This document shows positions 38,405 to 50,834 of a stretch of DNA of 59,456 bases, in pieces. This DNA is from Rhina ancylostomus (lineage: Eukaryota). The translations under genes and the position numbers were made by a program. The DNA lies in contig JARFYF010000054.1 of assembly GCA_030265395.1 (NCBI GenBank), positions 22,368,168 to 22,427,623 of the forward strand, written 5' to 3'. The notes under the pieces are model-generated. The model worked only from the letters and a program-made list of their open reading frames with translations. It did not search any database and had not been told where the DNA came from. Numbering within the stretch: the first letter of the stretch is position 1; every line of letters begins with the position of its first letter.

Positions 38405-38530
38405 CAAATCAGATACTGCAGATGATGGAAGTCTGAAATAAAATCAGAAAATTCCAGAAAATATTCAGGCAGCATGTCTGAAGAGAGAGCAACAGAAAAG
38501 TTAACTTGGTATGATCCCTTTATCAACACA
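38405..38530 (-). mobile_element. Old Penelope-derived terminal repeat
   Basis: atactgcagatgatggaagtctgaaataaaatcagaaaatt...caggcagcat. Confidence 0.6.
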
Positions 38531-38753
38531 GCTCCTGTCGTGCTGTCTGTACACTTTTTCCTCCAAATATAGAGGCCAATGGAGGATAGAAATTTAAATA
38601 TCTCTGCAGGGGATCAACAAGCTGATAAGAAGGGGCAGCAACAATTACAGGAGCTCTAGAGTCTTCAAAATGGAAGGTGGTGACGCTGGTGGTGTTCAGA
38701 GGTGCGCTGGGTGTTGGAATTTGAGAGAAGTGTGACTGAAGGTACGTTGACGA

Positions 38754-39058
38754 AGCTAGTAGAGCTGCTGCCTCACAGCTCCAGTGACCCAGGTTCAATC
38801 CTGACCTTGGGTGCTGTCTGTGTGGGTTTGCACGCTCTCCCTGTGATACTGCAGGCTTTCTCCCACGTCCCAAAAATGTGCAGGTTGGTAAATTAATCGG
38901 CGGCTTTAAGTTGCTGCTAGTGTGTGGGTGAGTTATGGAATCTTGGGGGTGTTAATGGGAACACGAGGAATAAATGGGATTATTGTAAAAGGGTGGTTGA
39001 TGTCAGTATGGACTCGGTGGGCTAAAGGGCCTATTTCCATGCTGTATCATTCTATGAC
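38754..39058 (+). mobile_element. HE1-like V-SINE
   Basis: B-box GGTTCAATCC, V-domain-like core, and HER1-type tail ggtgggctaaagggcctatttccatgctgtatcattctatga. Confidence 0.8.
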
Positions 39059-39189
39059 AGAGTCAAAGGGTTACACTGCAGGTTACACTTTCCTCCTGTC
39101 TCCCATCATTGTAAGTGTGAACAGCTGGTACCCATGTGCTGTAAGAACACCTCACAGTTGTGTTAAGGAGAGAGTGCAACCACTTTGAT

Positions 39190-40380
39190 CTAAGCAGCGA
39201 CTGAATGTCCAAGTCAGAATGGTGTATAACAAAAGGGTGGTGGGCATTTCCATACCACTCTAGTGCTTCTAGGCTGTAAAGGGAGATGGTTTGCTATTTG
39301 CTGTCAAGGAAGGCTTGCTGAGTTGTTGCAGTGCATTTGTAGGTGTTACATCCAGCAGATGTGCACCAGTGGTGATTGGAGGAAACATTGAAGGTGGAGG
39401 ATGACATGTCATTTGAACAGGTTACTTTGTCCTAATTGCTGCTGAGCTTCCTGAATGAATGTGTTGGAGCTGCACCCAAACACAAACAAGCAAATGGAAG
39501 TTACTCCATCATTTTCCTGACCTTGACCGTTGTAGATAGTGAGAAGGTCAAAGGGAGTCAGAAGGTGAGTCACTTGCCACAGAGTATTCAGCCTTAAACC
39601 TGCTATTGAGTCCTTGTATTTATACTGTTGGGCCAGTTTAGTTTCTGATCAATGATGGTACCTCCACAGTATTGTTAATATCAGCAATAGTCATACCATT
39701 GGCTTGCCATGAATAGATGGTTGGAATCTGTGTCACTGGAGATGTTAATTGCTTGGCACTTGCATTATACAAAGAATACCTGAAGCTTTAGCAGCCTGCT
39801 CGGGTATAAATTAAAAACCCAAACTCAACCACAGCCTATACAAGCCCAAGAAATTGCATTTTTTTCATACCTAACTGTCCCAATCTGACCATCAGTAAAG
39901 AATTCAGAACATGGTAATCGGAACAGTGCTGTAATTTTGCACAAAAGAGGTTTAAAAAAGTCTCGCCAGTGCTAAACTGTGGAGTGCTGAACCTGACTAG
40001 TCCAATGTGAAGTTGGTATATGGTCAGAATATATACCCAATGTGAACCCAACACGTAAAGTTCTGTGTCATTGGGCTCAGGCCAGTTAGCCTGGCTTGTT
40101 GATACTTATCTTCTCTAGTCTGAATGCTGCACTTGTAGGACATTCAGATGCTTGGAGGCTTTCCTCTGTGTGAGCATAAAGTTCTTCATTTTCTGAATGG
40201 TTTTGCTTTCTTCAATCTTCAGCAACTATTCCAGTTCTGACCTCGAGATGGAAGTAAGATCATTGATGAAGCACCAAAAGATGGTTGGGTCCAAGATTCT
40301 ACCCTGAGGAACTCCTGCATCCCTGTGACATTATTGACCAACAGTGACCCCAATCATCTTCTTAAGTACAAGGTGACTCT
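39190..40380 (-). mobile_element. Fragmented, decayed CR1-type LINE
   Basis: Segments homologous to 3030-3470, plus an RT-region piece (gttctgacctcgagatggaagtaagatcattgatgaagc...ccctgaggaactcctgca) complementary to 44380-44470. Confidence 0.6.
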
Positions 40381-40440
40381 GGACAAAACCATTGCCATAT
40401 TTACTTATATTTATAAGGCATTATTAGAAATAGCATTTAT

Positions 40441-40745
40441 CATCATGGAGACGCAGCACAGAAAAAGGCCCAATGGCTCACCATCCACCACCTTTTTGCA
40501 CTAATCCTACATTAATATAGTTTTTTGTTCTCCCCACATTCTCATCAATTCCCTCCAGATTCTACTGTTCACCTGCACACTGGTTAACCTACCGATCCAA
40601 TGTCTTTGAAATGTAAGAGGAAACTGGAACACCCTGACAGAGAGAATGTGCATACTCCACACAGATACCACCTGCAGTCATGATTGAACTCAGTATCCTG
40701 GTGGTGTGGGGCAGCAGCTCCACTGGGTGTCCCACAGTGCTGCCC
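40441..40745 (-). mobile_element. HE1-like V-SINE
   Basis: Reverse-complement homolog of 38754-39058. Confidence 0.75.
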
Positions 40746-42019
40746 AAATGATGACGATGACATGGTTGGCACCATTTCCCATCAGTGAGGCCTGTCCTGG
40801 AAAACTGACATGGTCCATTAATGACCAGCCCTTCAATTATAGAATAAATCTTCTCCTCCCAGGTGTGTCCACTGCAGTGCACCTTGCTGAAAACACACAA
40901 GTGTCATCTATACTCTCTAGAATGTGGAACCAGAAATTAAATCTGTCTTCATGGGGACATAAAAAATTTTCAACGATTGAATGTTAGGAAATTTCCGAAC
41001 ATCTGTTTGATAATTGGCACTCCACTGTGTTTTATTGTAAATTTAATTAGAGACCATTTTGATCCTGACTGTTTCTGGTTTGTGATGTTGTTAAATGGCA
41101 TTAAAAATCGAGAGCAGTGTGAATTGAAAGGAGAGGACAAAGAAAATGTGACGCTGCATAGTCCATACATACTAAGTGTGTTTGTTATTTGTGGTTGTGA
41201 TTGGAACAGCCAATCTGTGCTTGCACTCCAGTCAAAAAGGTGGCCACCAGGGGCAAGGCACTTTCTGCTTCTGTTACCCAGTGAGTGCTGCTTGAATGGA
41301 ATCCAGTGACATGATGTAGAACAAAGTGGAGCATGGCACAGGGGAGCAGATGTCATTTCCACCTGTTAACCTCTCTTTTCTTCTATTCACCTCTTGGGTA
41401 TTGGCTTTCCACTCTGACCTCTGCCCCCGCCCCCCCCCCCCCTGCTTTGCTCCCACTGTCTCTTACACACACCCCCAACACTGTTCACGGCCACTGAACT
41501 CGTTTCTTGCCTGAGGGCAGACTGTCAGCTGAAATTTTTCCCTTCAGGGATCAGCCAGCTGATTCTTTCTCTGCCTCACAGGATTCTCAGTGTGTGAAAC
41601 CACCACTAACTGTGTAACAGATGCATCCCATCGAACACACTCGCCAGGGCTCACATGCCAATAAGTGATCCGTGTACAGTGAGTGAAATGTAATTTTTTT
41701 GAAGCAGCCTCTAGTGCTGGCATTGTTTTTCCAAAGGTACAGAAACAATAGGGAAACGCCAGTACTCCCAGGCCTATAGTGGATGTCAGTAGTAATGTGC
41801 ATAATCAATCGTAATCTGGACCAATGTCTGAGTGCAAACTGCCGCTAGGCAAAACTTTGTCTGGCTATGTGTACTCAGGATTAATTCCCTTGCTATCATC
41901 CTCCAGACAGCATCAGTTCAATCACCCATTAAATCTAGCCCTCTCCCTTAACAACAATGTGTCATGTCTTTGCAAATGAGAAGGCCTTTATCCAAATCCT
42001 CAACCGCTTTCCCTCCTTA

Positions 42020-42815
42020 GATAGAACATGGAACGATACATCACAGGAACAGGCCATTTGGCCCATGATGTGCTGACCTTGATGCCAATCCAAACTCATC
42101 CCATCTGCCTGCACGTGGTCTATTATCCATTCATTCCCTGGTTGTTCATGTGCCTGTCCAAATGCCTCTTGAAAATTGTTATTGCCTCTGCTTCCACCAT
42201 TTCTCCTGGCAGCCCCTTCCAGACACCGACCACTTACCGTGTTTTTAAAAAAAAACCTTGCCTCACAAATCTGCTTTAAACTTTCCCACTGTCATTTTTC
42301 ATATTTGATATTTCCACCCTGGGATAAAAAGACTTTATCTACCCTTCTCATAATTTTCTATACTTGCATCAGATCGTCCCTCAGCCTCTGACCCTCCAGG
42401 GAAAACTAGGGGCAGGAATGGTAGTGTAGCGGTTAGCGTAACGCTATTACGGCACCAGCTACCTGGGTTCAATTCCGGTATGGAGTTTGTATGTTCTCCC
42501 CGTGACTGCGTGGGTTTCCTCCGGGTGCTCCGGTTTCCTCCCACATTCCAAAGATGTATGGGTTAGGAAGTTGTGGGCGTGCTGCCAGCTGCCCCCAGAA
42601 CATTCTACGCAATGATGCATTTCACTGTGTGTTTTGATGTACATGCGACTAATGAAGAAATTTTATCTTCAAGGTAATGGTCTCTAATCCAGACAACATC
42701 CTGGTGAACCTCTTTTGCACCCCCTCCAAAGCTTCCACATTCTGTAATGCAGTGAACAGAACTGCATGCAATACTCCAAATGTGGCCTAACCAAAGTTCG
42801 ATGCAGCTGAAACTT
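42020..42815 (-). mobile_element. HER1/CR1 3' fragment interrupted by a V-SINE
   Basis: Minus ORF 42684-42905 contains RTLVRPHLEYCMQFCS, the CR1 ORF2 motif LVRPHLEY; tail at 42020-42400. Confidence 0.8.
42409..42669 (+). mobile_element. tRNA-derived V-SINE with a Rex1-like tail
   Basis: A-box TAGTGTAGCGG, B-box GGTTCAATTCC (42466-42476), V-domain, and tail tttcactgtgtgttttgatgtacatgcgactaat. Confidence 0.8.
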
Positions 42816-42859
42816 CTTTCTGGAGTGTGGGTTTTCTCTCCTTGAGATTGGGACTGTGA

Positions 42860-43160
42860 CTCTTGTCATCATAATTATTTTGGGGATATCACAGTTGACT
42901 CCCATTGAGCATTTTGCCAGAACGCATCCTCTAACAGATGGTCACTTGGGAACAAATTATTGGGAATGGGGACTGTTTCTTCTTCTCCTCCTTCCATCTC
43001 TAGAGATGCTGAGGTCAATTGTAGTATCCTGATGCTCTGCTCAGCGTAAGTGAGAGCAGCTGAACTCAAATCGGCCTGTGATTGAATCTTTGACCTTCCT
43101 GACATTGTTCTATTAGACACTGATCAACAAACTTAGCAGCTGATTCAATGGGGCAGCTTG
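42860..43160 (-). mobile_element. Ancient unclassified SINE-like repeat
   Basis: The minus strand reads caggaaggtcaaagattcaatcacagg...ctacaattgacctcagc, resembling an old chondrichthyan tRNA-SINE recalled from memory. Confidence 0.4.
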
Positions 43161-43739
43161 CAAGGCTCATTAATCTTCCTTTGGTTAAGGATTAGCATGC
43201 AAATCCATTGGTATTTCTTATTTATTTTAATGACTGCTAGATTGTGTGCACATGGGGACTGATACACAAGTCGCTGGTTGACTTTTGAGGAGTTTCTCCC
43301 TCACTAATTGACCATAACTAATTTACCACACCAAATTCTTTTTGTTGCCATCTGGATCAAATAAGCTGTGGGCCGTGCAAACTGCTGGCAATGCTGGAGG
43401 AATCTGTGAGGTACAAGCAGGGACTAATGCTTCTTCACAGACCATGCTGTGGTTTTGGTACTTAATGGGAAGCATACTCGAAGTGCAGAAGCTGCACAGT
43501 CGTCTGGCAGCATTGTCTTATTTCTGCTTGATAAACTGTCCAAACACGGAGGATTTGATCCTCTGTTGGAGGGTGTGCCTGGTGAAATGTTCAATGAGAA
43601 GCAATGGTGATTGCCCTTGAAATTTAGTTGCAACAGTGATGGAGTAATCACAGTGCTGACTTCATTAAACACCTTCATCTTGACCCTGATTCAAACAAGA
43701 TATGTGGACAATCATCGGTGATTGTTATCTAGCAGGGAA

Positions 43740-44185
43740 ATATCCTGGATGCTGGAACTCTTATGCTCGAATAGTTCCTGGAATAAGGTGCTTGACTTTT
43801 GAGGAAAGATTATGCAGCTCTGGGAGTGAAAAGAACGAAAGGTGGTCTCACTGAAATAAAGTGAGATTCTAAGGAAACTTGACAGGATAGATGCTGAGAG
43901 GTTGTTTCCTAGCAGGGGTGCCTACAAATCAAGGGCAGAGTAGAGAATCAACCGTTTCTTTTGGAATTTTTCTCAAAGGGTCATGAATCATTGGAGCTCT
44001 CTTAAAGAGCTGTGGATGCAGTAGTTCTGAGTATTCAATGCTGAGGTAGATTTTTGGACAATACAGATTATGGGGATCAAGCAGGAAATTTGAGACTCAG
44101 CATCAAGTCAACCATAATCTCACTGAATGGTGGAGCAACCCAGAGGGCAGTATGGCCTGTGCCTGCTCTGTTTCTTGTGTTCTTA
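43740..44185 (+). mobile_element. CR1 LINE 3' end (second subfamily)
   Basis: cttgacaggatagatgctgagaggttgtttcct...aatggtggagcaacccagagggcagtatggcc...cttgtgttctt. Confidence 0.65.
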
Positions 44186-44349
44186 CACTCTCTGATGTAA
44201 TTATCAGAGAGTTATTTCTTAAATCATGATCATGAGATTCCCTAAAATGTTCAATAGCTTATGAAGTTTTGAAGACTTGAGTTTGGGCAATGTGGAAAAT
44301 TGCCCAACTTGGTCCCGCTCATCCAGAGGTTGGAGTTGTACTTAGCACA

Positions 44350-45917
44350 AAGCAATCACCCCAGCACCAAGACATCACCTGCAGGATTCCTCAAGGCAGC
44401 GAATTAGACCCAAACATCTTCCACTCCTTCATCAATGACCTTCGTTCCATCATAACGTCAGAAGTGGAGATGTTCGCAAGTGCAATTTACAAATTGCATT
44501 TGTAAATCCTTGGTAAATGAAGCAGTCCCTGTCTGTGTGCAGCAAGACCCTGACAGTTTATAAGCATGGACTGATAAGTGGCAAGTAACATTCACATTAC
44601 AGAAGTGTCAAGCAATGACCGTCTCCAACAGGAGAAAGTCGAAATATTTACTCTAACCCAACAAACAATCTGCTGAAGGAACTCGGGCCGAGCAGCATCT
44701 GTGGGAGGAAAGGAATCCTTGACATTTTGGGTTGAAACCTGCATCAGGACTGAGAGCAGAGGGGTGTGATGGACAGTATGNNNNNNNNNNNNNNNNNNNN
44801 NNNNNNTCCATCTATCATTCGCCTACCACTGTCTCCCAAGTCCACCTCCCCTATCTGGCACAACCTGTCTGTTATCTTGCACCCCTCCTCAGTGCACCAA
44901 TCACCTTGGGCTCCGTTCTCACTACTGCTCTTCCCCTCTTTATACTGGCCATCTCCACTCTCAGTCCTGATGCAGGGTTTTGACTCGAAACATCAACAGT
45001 TCCTTTCCCCCACCCCCCACCACGGATGCTGCTCGACCCGCTGAGTTCCTTCAGCAGATTGTTGCTCCAGATTCCAGCATCAACAGCCTCTTGTGTCTCC
45101 ACTTACCCTAGACGTTCAATGGCATTGCCATCACCGAATCCCCCACCATCAACATTCTGGTCACTATTGACCAGGTGCTGAACAGGACCAGCCACAGAAA
45201 TTAGTGGCTACAAGAGCAGATTAAACTCTGGGTACCCTGCGGCAAGTGACCTGCCTACTGACAGTGTGCGGCCCTTCTACCGTCAACAAGGCACAAGTCA
45301 CGAGCTCTCCACTTGCCTGGGGTGAGTACAGTAGCAGCAATTCTCAAGAAAGATTGGCACCATTCAGGATAATGCAACCTGTGTTATTGGTACTGCATCA
45401 ACCACCCTAACCATTCATGCCCTCCACTACAGGGGCTACAGTGGCTGTAATGTGTACTGTCTACAAAATGTGTGTCATTACCAGGCTAAGTTACTCTGAC
45501 AGCACCTCCCAAAGAAAGGCACAGAAGGATACAAACCTCATGCTGCCAAATGGGATTACTGTAGATGGGCAAGATGCTTGACATGGACATGTGGGCCAAA
45601 GGGTCTCTTTCTGTCCTGTACAACTTTGACACTAAGCCTCATCTCCACCATCAAGAAAGACGAGGGCAGCAGATGGATGGGAATACCACTACCTCCAAAC
45701 AGCACACCATCCTGACTTGGAAATCAGCCCTTCCTTCATTGGTGCTGGGTCTGAATCCTGCAGACTCCCTAACCAACAGCACTGTTGAAGTACCATCATC
45801 AGAAGTACTGTAGTGTTTGAGAAGATGGCTTACCGCAATCTTCTCAAGGGCAGTAAGGGATGGGGAATAGATGTTGGCTGCCCTGGAGATGCGCAGATCC
45901 CGAAAATGAATAAAAAG
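44350..45917 (+). mobile_element. CR1-type LINE RT-to-3' fragment with two nested insertions
   Basis: ORF 44290-44505 contains IPQGSELDPNIFHSFINDLRSIITSEVEMFA (RT motifs) and ends in the family 3' UTR. Nested PLE element at 44656-45099 and HER1 tail at about 45511-45633. Confidence 0.8.
44656..45099. mobile_element. Inverted-pair Penelope-derived element, CTGATGCA hammerhead variant
   Basis: Hammerhead-like motifs at about 44716-44752 (-) and 44962-44999 (+). Possible TSD tatttactcta / cacttacccta (8/11). Confidence 0.75.
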
Positions 45918-46004
45918 AAATTGTGCACTCAGTCTCACAAATAAGGACAAGGCAATGAATAGATATCTTTTCATGATATTGATTGAGAGGTAACCCTGGA
46001 ACAC

Positions 46005-46512
46005 ACAGTCATAGAGCATGGATACATTGTCCTTCAGCCCATCGAGTTCCAACTGTTGATTGACTATCCATTTCTACTAATCCCATTGTATTCTCCCCAC
46101 TATTTCCATCGATGCATCGCAGATTCTACCACTCACCTTTACGCTATTGGCAATTTGCAGTGGCCAATTAACTTATTACCCTGCACAACTTTGGGATGCA
46201 GGAGGAAACCCACACAGTCGAAGGGAGAAAGTGCAAACTCCACACAGAGCGCCAGAGGTCAGGATGGCTCAACCAGCAGTGCCAAATTCCTTTCGGTTGC
46301 ACCTCTCCCAAGTTCCAACACGCAGCACATCCCTGAACTCAACCACCATCATCGCCCTCCACCTTGCAGCCTCTTTACACTCCTGTAACTGCTGTTGGCC
46401 CTCCAACAAGAGAAATTATTGGGTCTGGAAACAATGACAGTCGTCAGGATTGAACCCAGGTTACTGGAGCTGTGAGGCAGCAGTCCCACGAGCTGTGCTA
46501 TCGTGCTATCCC
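46005..46512 (-). mobile_element. HE1-like SINE split by about 170 bp of other sequence
   Basis: Tail and V-domain at 46005-46265; tRNA head at 46440-46512; gtcaggat occurs at both break points. Confidence 0.65.
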
Positions 46513-46539
46513 AGGAGCCTTTGAACAGATCTTTAAAGA

Positions 46540-46650
46540 TCATCCAACAGGCCAGATTTAACATCTTGCTTGAAAGTCACTTCCAAAAGTACAATGGTCC
46601 CTGTGCTGTACTGAAGTGTCAGCCAAGTTTAGATGCTCAAGTCCCAAGGG
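46540..46650 (-). mobile_element. DeuSINE-like fragment
   Basis: gatttaacatcttgcttgaaag...gtactgaagtgtcagccaagtttagatgctcaagtc. Confidence 0.5.
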
Positions 46651-46684
46651 TGGCACTTTATTGTGATCACATTGGCCAGGGGAA

Positions 46685-47535
46685 ATTGGAATTGGTTTAT
46701 TATCATCAAATACCAAAGTACAGTGAAAAACTTGTCGTGCATACCATTCATACAGAACAATTCACTGCACGCTGCATTGAAATAATACAAGGTAAAACAA
46801 TAATAGAATGCAGAATAAAGCAAAGCAGTGTTGGATCTGGAGATGATATTGTCCAGAAGGTTCTTTGGAACTCAAGAATGATCCTCAAGTCTTGTGGTTA
46901 CAGCCATTTTATTAGATGTTCACGACAAAGAAATGACAGTAAAAAAACTGCGAGCAAGTAACACAGCAGCAAGTAACTAGGAGTAATTAACTCTAACAAA
47001 GAACCTGTCTCATGGTCTTTTTTTTATATACTGAAAACTGGTTCAAGCTGGATAGATAAGGGAATCTGCTCTGATAAGAACAGCCTGTGAAACAAGAACA
47101 GCCTGTGAAACAAGGACAGCCTTGATTTACACTGCCATGATATCTCAGGGTTACAGACAAAGGAATTACAGAAATACAGAACCAGCTGTACTACAAATTA
47201 CTGAAAATCAACTGAACATTCACAGGCAAACAGGTGATTATACAAACATATAAGCAAGCATAAAGAAAGTTAAACTACAAGAAAAATAACAATTTAGACC
47301 CCAATCCAACAACATGTACAGAAAAAGTGCAGATAGACAAGAAGGTGCAAGATCATCACGAGGTGGACTGTGAGGTCTAGAGTCCATCTTATTGTACCTG
47401 GGAACCGTTCAATAGCCTCATAACAGCGAGATAGAAGCTGTCCTTGAGCCTGGTGGTCCGTGCCTTAGGAGCAGACAGGAGCATGTGCCCCGCCCCCTTC
47501 CTGAAGTCAATGACCAGCTCTTTTGTTAGGCAGGT
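46685..47535 (-). mobile_element. Rex1/Babar-like LINE 3' fragment interrupted by a solo LTR
   Basis: Homologous to 51946-52240 on both sides of the insertion. Minus ORF contains TKELVIDFRK and RTTRLKDSFY. Confidence 0.75.
46829..47311 (-). mobile_element. Probable solo LTR (483 bp)
   Basis: TG...CA ends with an 8-bp inverted repeat (TGTTGGAT/ATCCAACA). On the minus strand, 18-bp tandem repeats come first, then TATATAAA (about 47023-47030), then AATAAA (about 46908-46913), i.e. U3-R-U5 order. It cleanly interrupts a LINE fragment. Confidence 0.7.
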
Positions 47536-48269
47536 TTTCTTCTTAAAATACTTCTGTGAATCAATTGTCACTCAGTTAATAATTTCAGAGTGACTATTTT
47601 ATTTATTTCAAACTTATGTACTGGAGTGAATTTAAGTTCTTAAACTGCCACAGTGACCCTTGAACTGTTGAAATGTATCGTTACTCTCTGCCTCTTGACT
47701 GTGAATAGAGGAAGACAGCTACTCTGCTATCATTTGTCTGTACTTTCCAGACATACCAGATGCAGGATCTGGTTAGATAGAATTGTGGAACAGAGTAGGG
47801 AATGAACTAATTATGAAGATAATACTTGTAATTAGATCAAACTATTGATTGTGGAATCTTGTGAAGTTGGATGTGCTGGCCAGTTAAAACTGCATGTTCG
47901 AAAGTTGTTGATCTCACAGTTCAAAATGATCCTTATTCATTAGTTACCTAATAAAGCTCAGTTTATTTAACACCTTGGTAATGGACTTCCTTGAAATCAC
48001 ACCAACAATTGTTTGCAGAGAGCGGGTAAAGTAATAGTTGGATGGGTGGGTGTTCAGCGTTGCTACAGTGTCCCTGTTACTGCCAAAGAGCGTGCTTTTT
48101 ATTTGTACTCCTGGTAATTTACCAGGATCAGGAATTTTCAACATTCCTGAGACAATTGGTTACTGCAGGACAGTACAACCCAAGTATCTTAATGACACTG
48201 GAGGTTCTCTCTCGATTGTAAGGCAAGGTGGAAAATATTGCGATGAAAGGAAGAGCAACAGTATCTTCA

Positions 48270-48790
48270 GAATCCAAATCAGAATCAGGTTTTATTGTAA
48301 CTGACATATATCGGGGAATTTGTTGTTTTTGTGGCAGCAGTACGGTGCAAGGCACTAAATATTTATTTATTAGTCACATGTACATTGAAACACATAGTGA
48401 AATGCGTCTTTTTGTGTTAACAGCCATCACGGTCTGAGAATGTGCTGGGGGTAGCCCACAAGTGTTGCCACGTTTCCGGCAGCAACAAAGCATGCCCACA
48501 ACATCCTAACCCATACGCCTTTTTTTTGGAATGTGGAAGGAAACCAGAGCACCTGGAGGAAACCCATGCAGTCACAGGGAGAAAGTACAAACTCCTTACA
48601 GACAGTGGTGGAATTGAACCCGGATCGCTAGCACTGTAATAGAGTTACACTAACTGCTACACTACCGTGCTGCCCATTACTATAATTTACAAGCAAGTTA
48701 TAAAATTACTATGTTACAAAAATAACCAAATAGTGCAAAAGAGGAATAACGAGGCAGTGTTCATGGACTGTCCAGAAATCTGATGGTGAA
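48270..48790 (-). mobile_element. Rex1-like LINE 3' end interrupted by a V-SINE
   Basis: agaatcaggttttattgtaactgacatat...cagcagtacggtgcaa resumes after the SINE as aaatagtgcaaaagaggaataacgaggcagtgttcatgg. Confidence 0.6.
48361..48675 (-). mobile_element. tRNA-derived V-SINE (42409 family)
   Basis: Full-length reverse-complement homolog of 42409-42669 and 49340-49628. Confidence 0.8.
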
Positions 48791-49339
48791 TGCCTTTAGC
48801 ATGGAGAAACAGTTCAGAGGAAAAGGTACATAGAAAGTGGAGATCTTGAAATGTTGGATTAAAACAATGGGGAGATTTTGAGAAGTGAAGACCTTTGGGA
48901 AGGAATTTCAGTGAATGGAAGAAAGTGATTCTACCATTGATGCTGGAAGGATGGTAATGAAGGAGTATACAATGTCAGCCAGCAAAAGAACGTGGAAGGG
49001 GATTTAAGGCTTGTGAACATAGCAGGCTTGGTGCAATAAAGCTAGTCATTTTAAATTCAGCTGACTGGTAATGCATACTGATGGATGACAGGAACTTTGT
49101 GCATGATAGAGTTCATTTGGCTCATCTGGAGTTGATGGAGAATTTAAGGTGGAGGCCAGCAAGATGCATGAATTGTGCCCACTCTAGCAGGTGGTTAGTT
49201 ATCTAATCTGTTATTTCCTCCATATCACAGATATTAAATGAACATTTTTTTGAGAAAACCTGTCTATAAAGACATTTATTTTCTTTCTCATAAGTAATAG
49301 GATGGGTGTGAGAAACCTGTTGGGCACTAGATCTTACCA

Positions 49340-49628
49340 TGATGTTGGTGTAGCGGTTCGAGTAATGCTATTACAGCGCCAGTGACCTGGGTTCAATTCC
49401 CGCCAATGGCTGTAAGGTGTTTGTATGTTCTCCCCATGTGTGTGGGTTTCCTCCGGGTGCTCTGGTTTCCTCCCACATTCCAAAGACATACATGTTAGGA
49501 GCTGTAGGCATGTTATGTTGGCGCCAGAAGACTGGCGACACTTGCGGGCTGCCCCAAGAACATTCTCAGTAATGCAAAAAGACACATTTTACTGTGTGTT
49601 TCGATGTTCATGTGACTAATAAATATCC
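49340..49628 (+). mobile_element. tRNA-derived V-SINE (42409 family)
   Basis: A-box TGGTGTAGCGG, B-box GGTTCAATTCC, V-domain, and tail gttcatgtgactaataaata. Confidence 0.8.
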
Positions 49629-50834
49629 TATTTTGAAGCCTGCCACAACCAAGAACAGCTTGTGTTGGACTTCCAGACAAAGCCATTTCAATAGTTCAAC
49701 CATTTTTGATGTAATATCAAACAGATGTTGAGCCTAACCAAGTGGTTAATTGAATTATCTCGGGTTATTTTGAGCATTTTGCAGTATGATCCTTGAATAT
49801 GCAGTAACTGTGGTGGGGCTCTACAACAATGATCCAAGATATTTCATTTAATGTACTGTATTATGTCTTTAGTAAATAGTTTAAAATAGTGTTCACTGAT
49901 ATTGCCATTCAAGACATAATTTACTTATAATTCCATGACTTTTTTTGTGAGAGATCCTCTCTAATATTGAGTTGTTTGGTCACTCAGACAGCAGGCCAAA
50001 ATGTACTCAGCTTTTGCCAGTGGTTCACAAGAAAACTGCCAGTAAGATGCCCATTAATGTGCCAGTTGGGCTGATCACCCACTCTGCCACTGGACTCAGC
50101 ACTGATCCAGGGACTAAGCTGAAGGACCATGTATGCTTTGAAAGTGACCCCTAAACTTTATGCCTGCCATAGTTGGTGACCGAATGCAGACCAATTCAGA
50201 GGAATGGGATCATCTCCTTGGATGATAAAGCTAAGTGGTTTGATTTTAAAAAAACTGTATTTAATATAAATGTTTTAAACATCACATATGTTAAATGGGC
50301 TGTGATATTGGTTTAACTTTAATTTTTTAATATATTTTCAAAATTATTTAAATCTATTACAATTGTTTTTATTTGTCCTGATTCCAGGTTCACTGAGAAA
50401 CAGTTGATAAGACCTTTCACTGTATGAACCACCGAAAGGCCATCAGGGCAGTTCAGGGTGTGACCTCAGGATCTGCTGCCTGAGGCCTGGTTGCCACTCA
50501 TGGCCAGCTCTGCTCTGTGGGATGGCCATAGCAGTGAGTCAATGAATTCGGTTAGACTCAGGGGGCAATAAATAATTAGTGGGACCAGAAGATTTGCATG
50601 GGATTGGGGAGAGTGAGGGGCTGGGTTGAATGTGATTGCTGAAAGGTCCAACCTGTGATGACGCGAACTGTGAAGCCACTTGTTTCACCAGATCTGGAGT
50701 TAGATTGGAGAGTCTATTCATGCCTGCATCATATGTGCAGACTGTTTTGTGTGCCAATGATAGTGGACAAAGTAAATTGAAATGATCAGAATGTCATTCA
50801 AGTGTCTGAATCAGACAAAATTAAATTCTACGAA

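Noticed and set aside
41241-41258. CTCF site tggccaccaggggcaagg
   Set aside because: One G short, which displaces the conserved GGC.
46503-46961. 152-aa ORF, the longest gap-free ORF
   Set aside because: It runs across antisense SINE, LINE and LTR pieces and resembles no protein.
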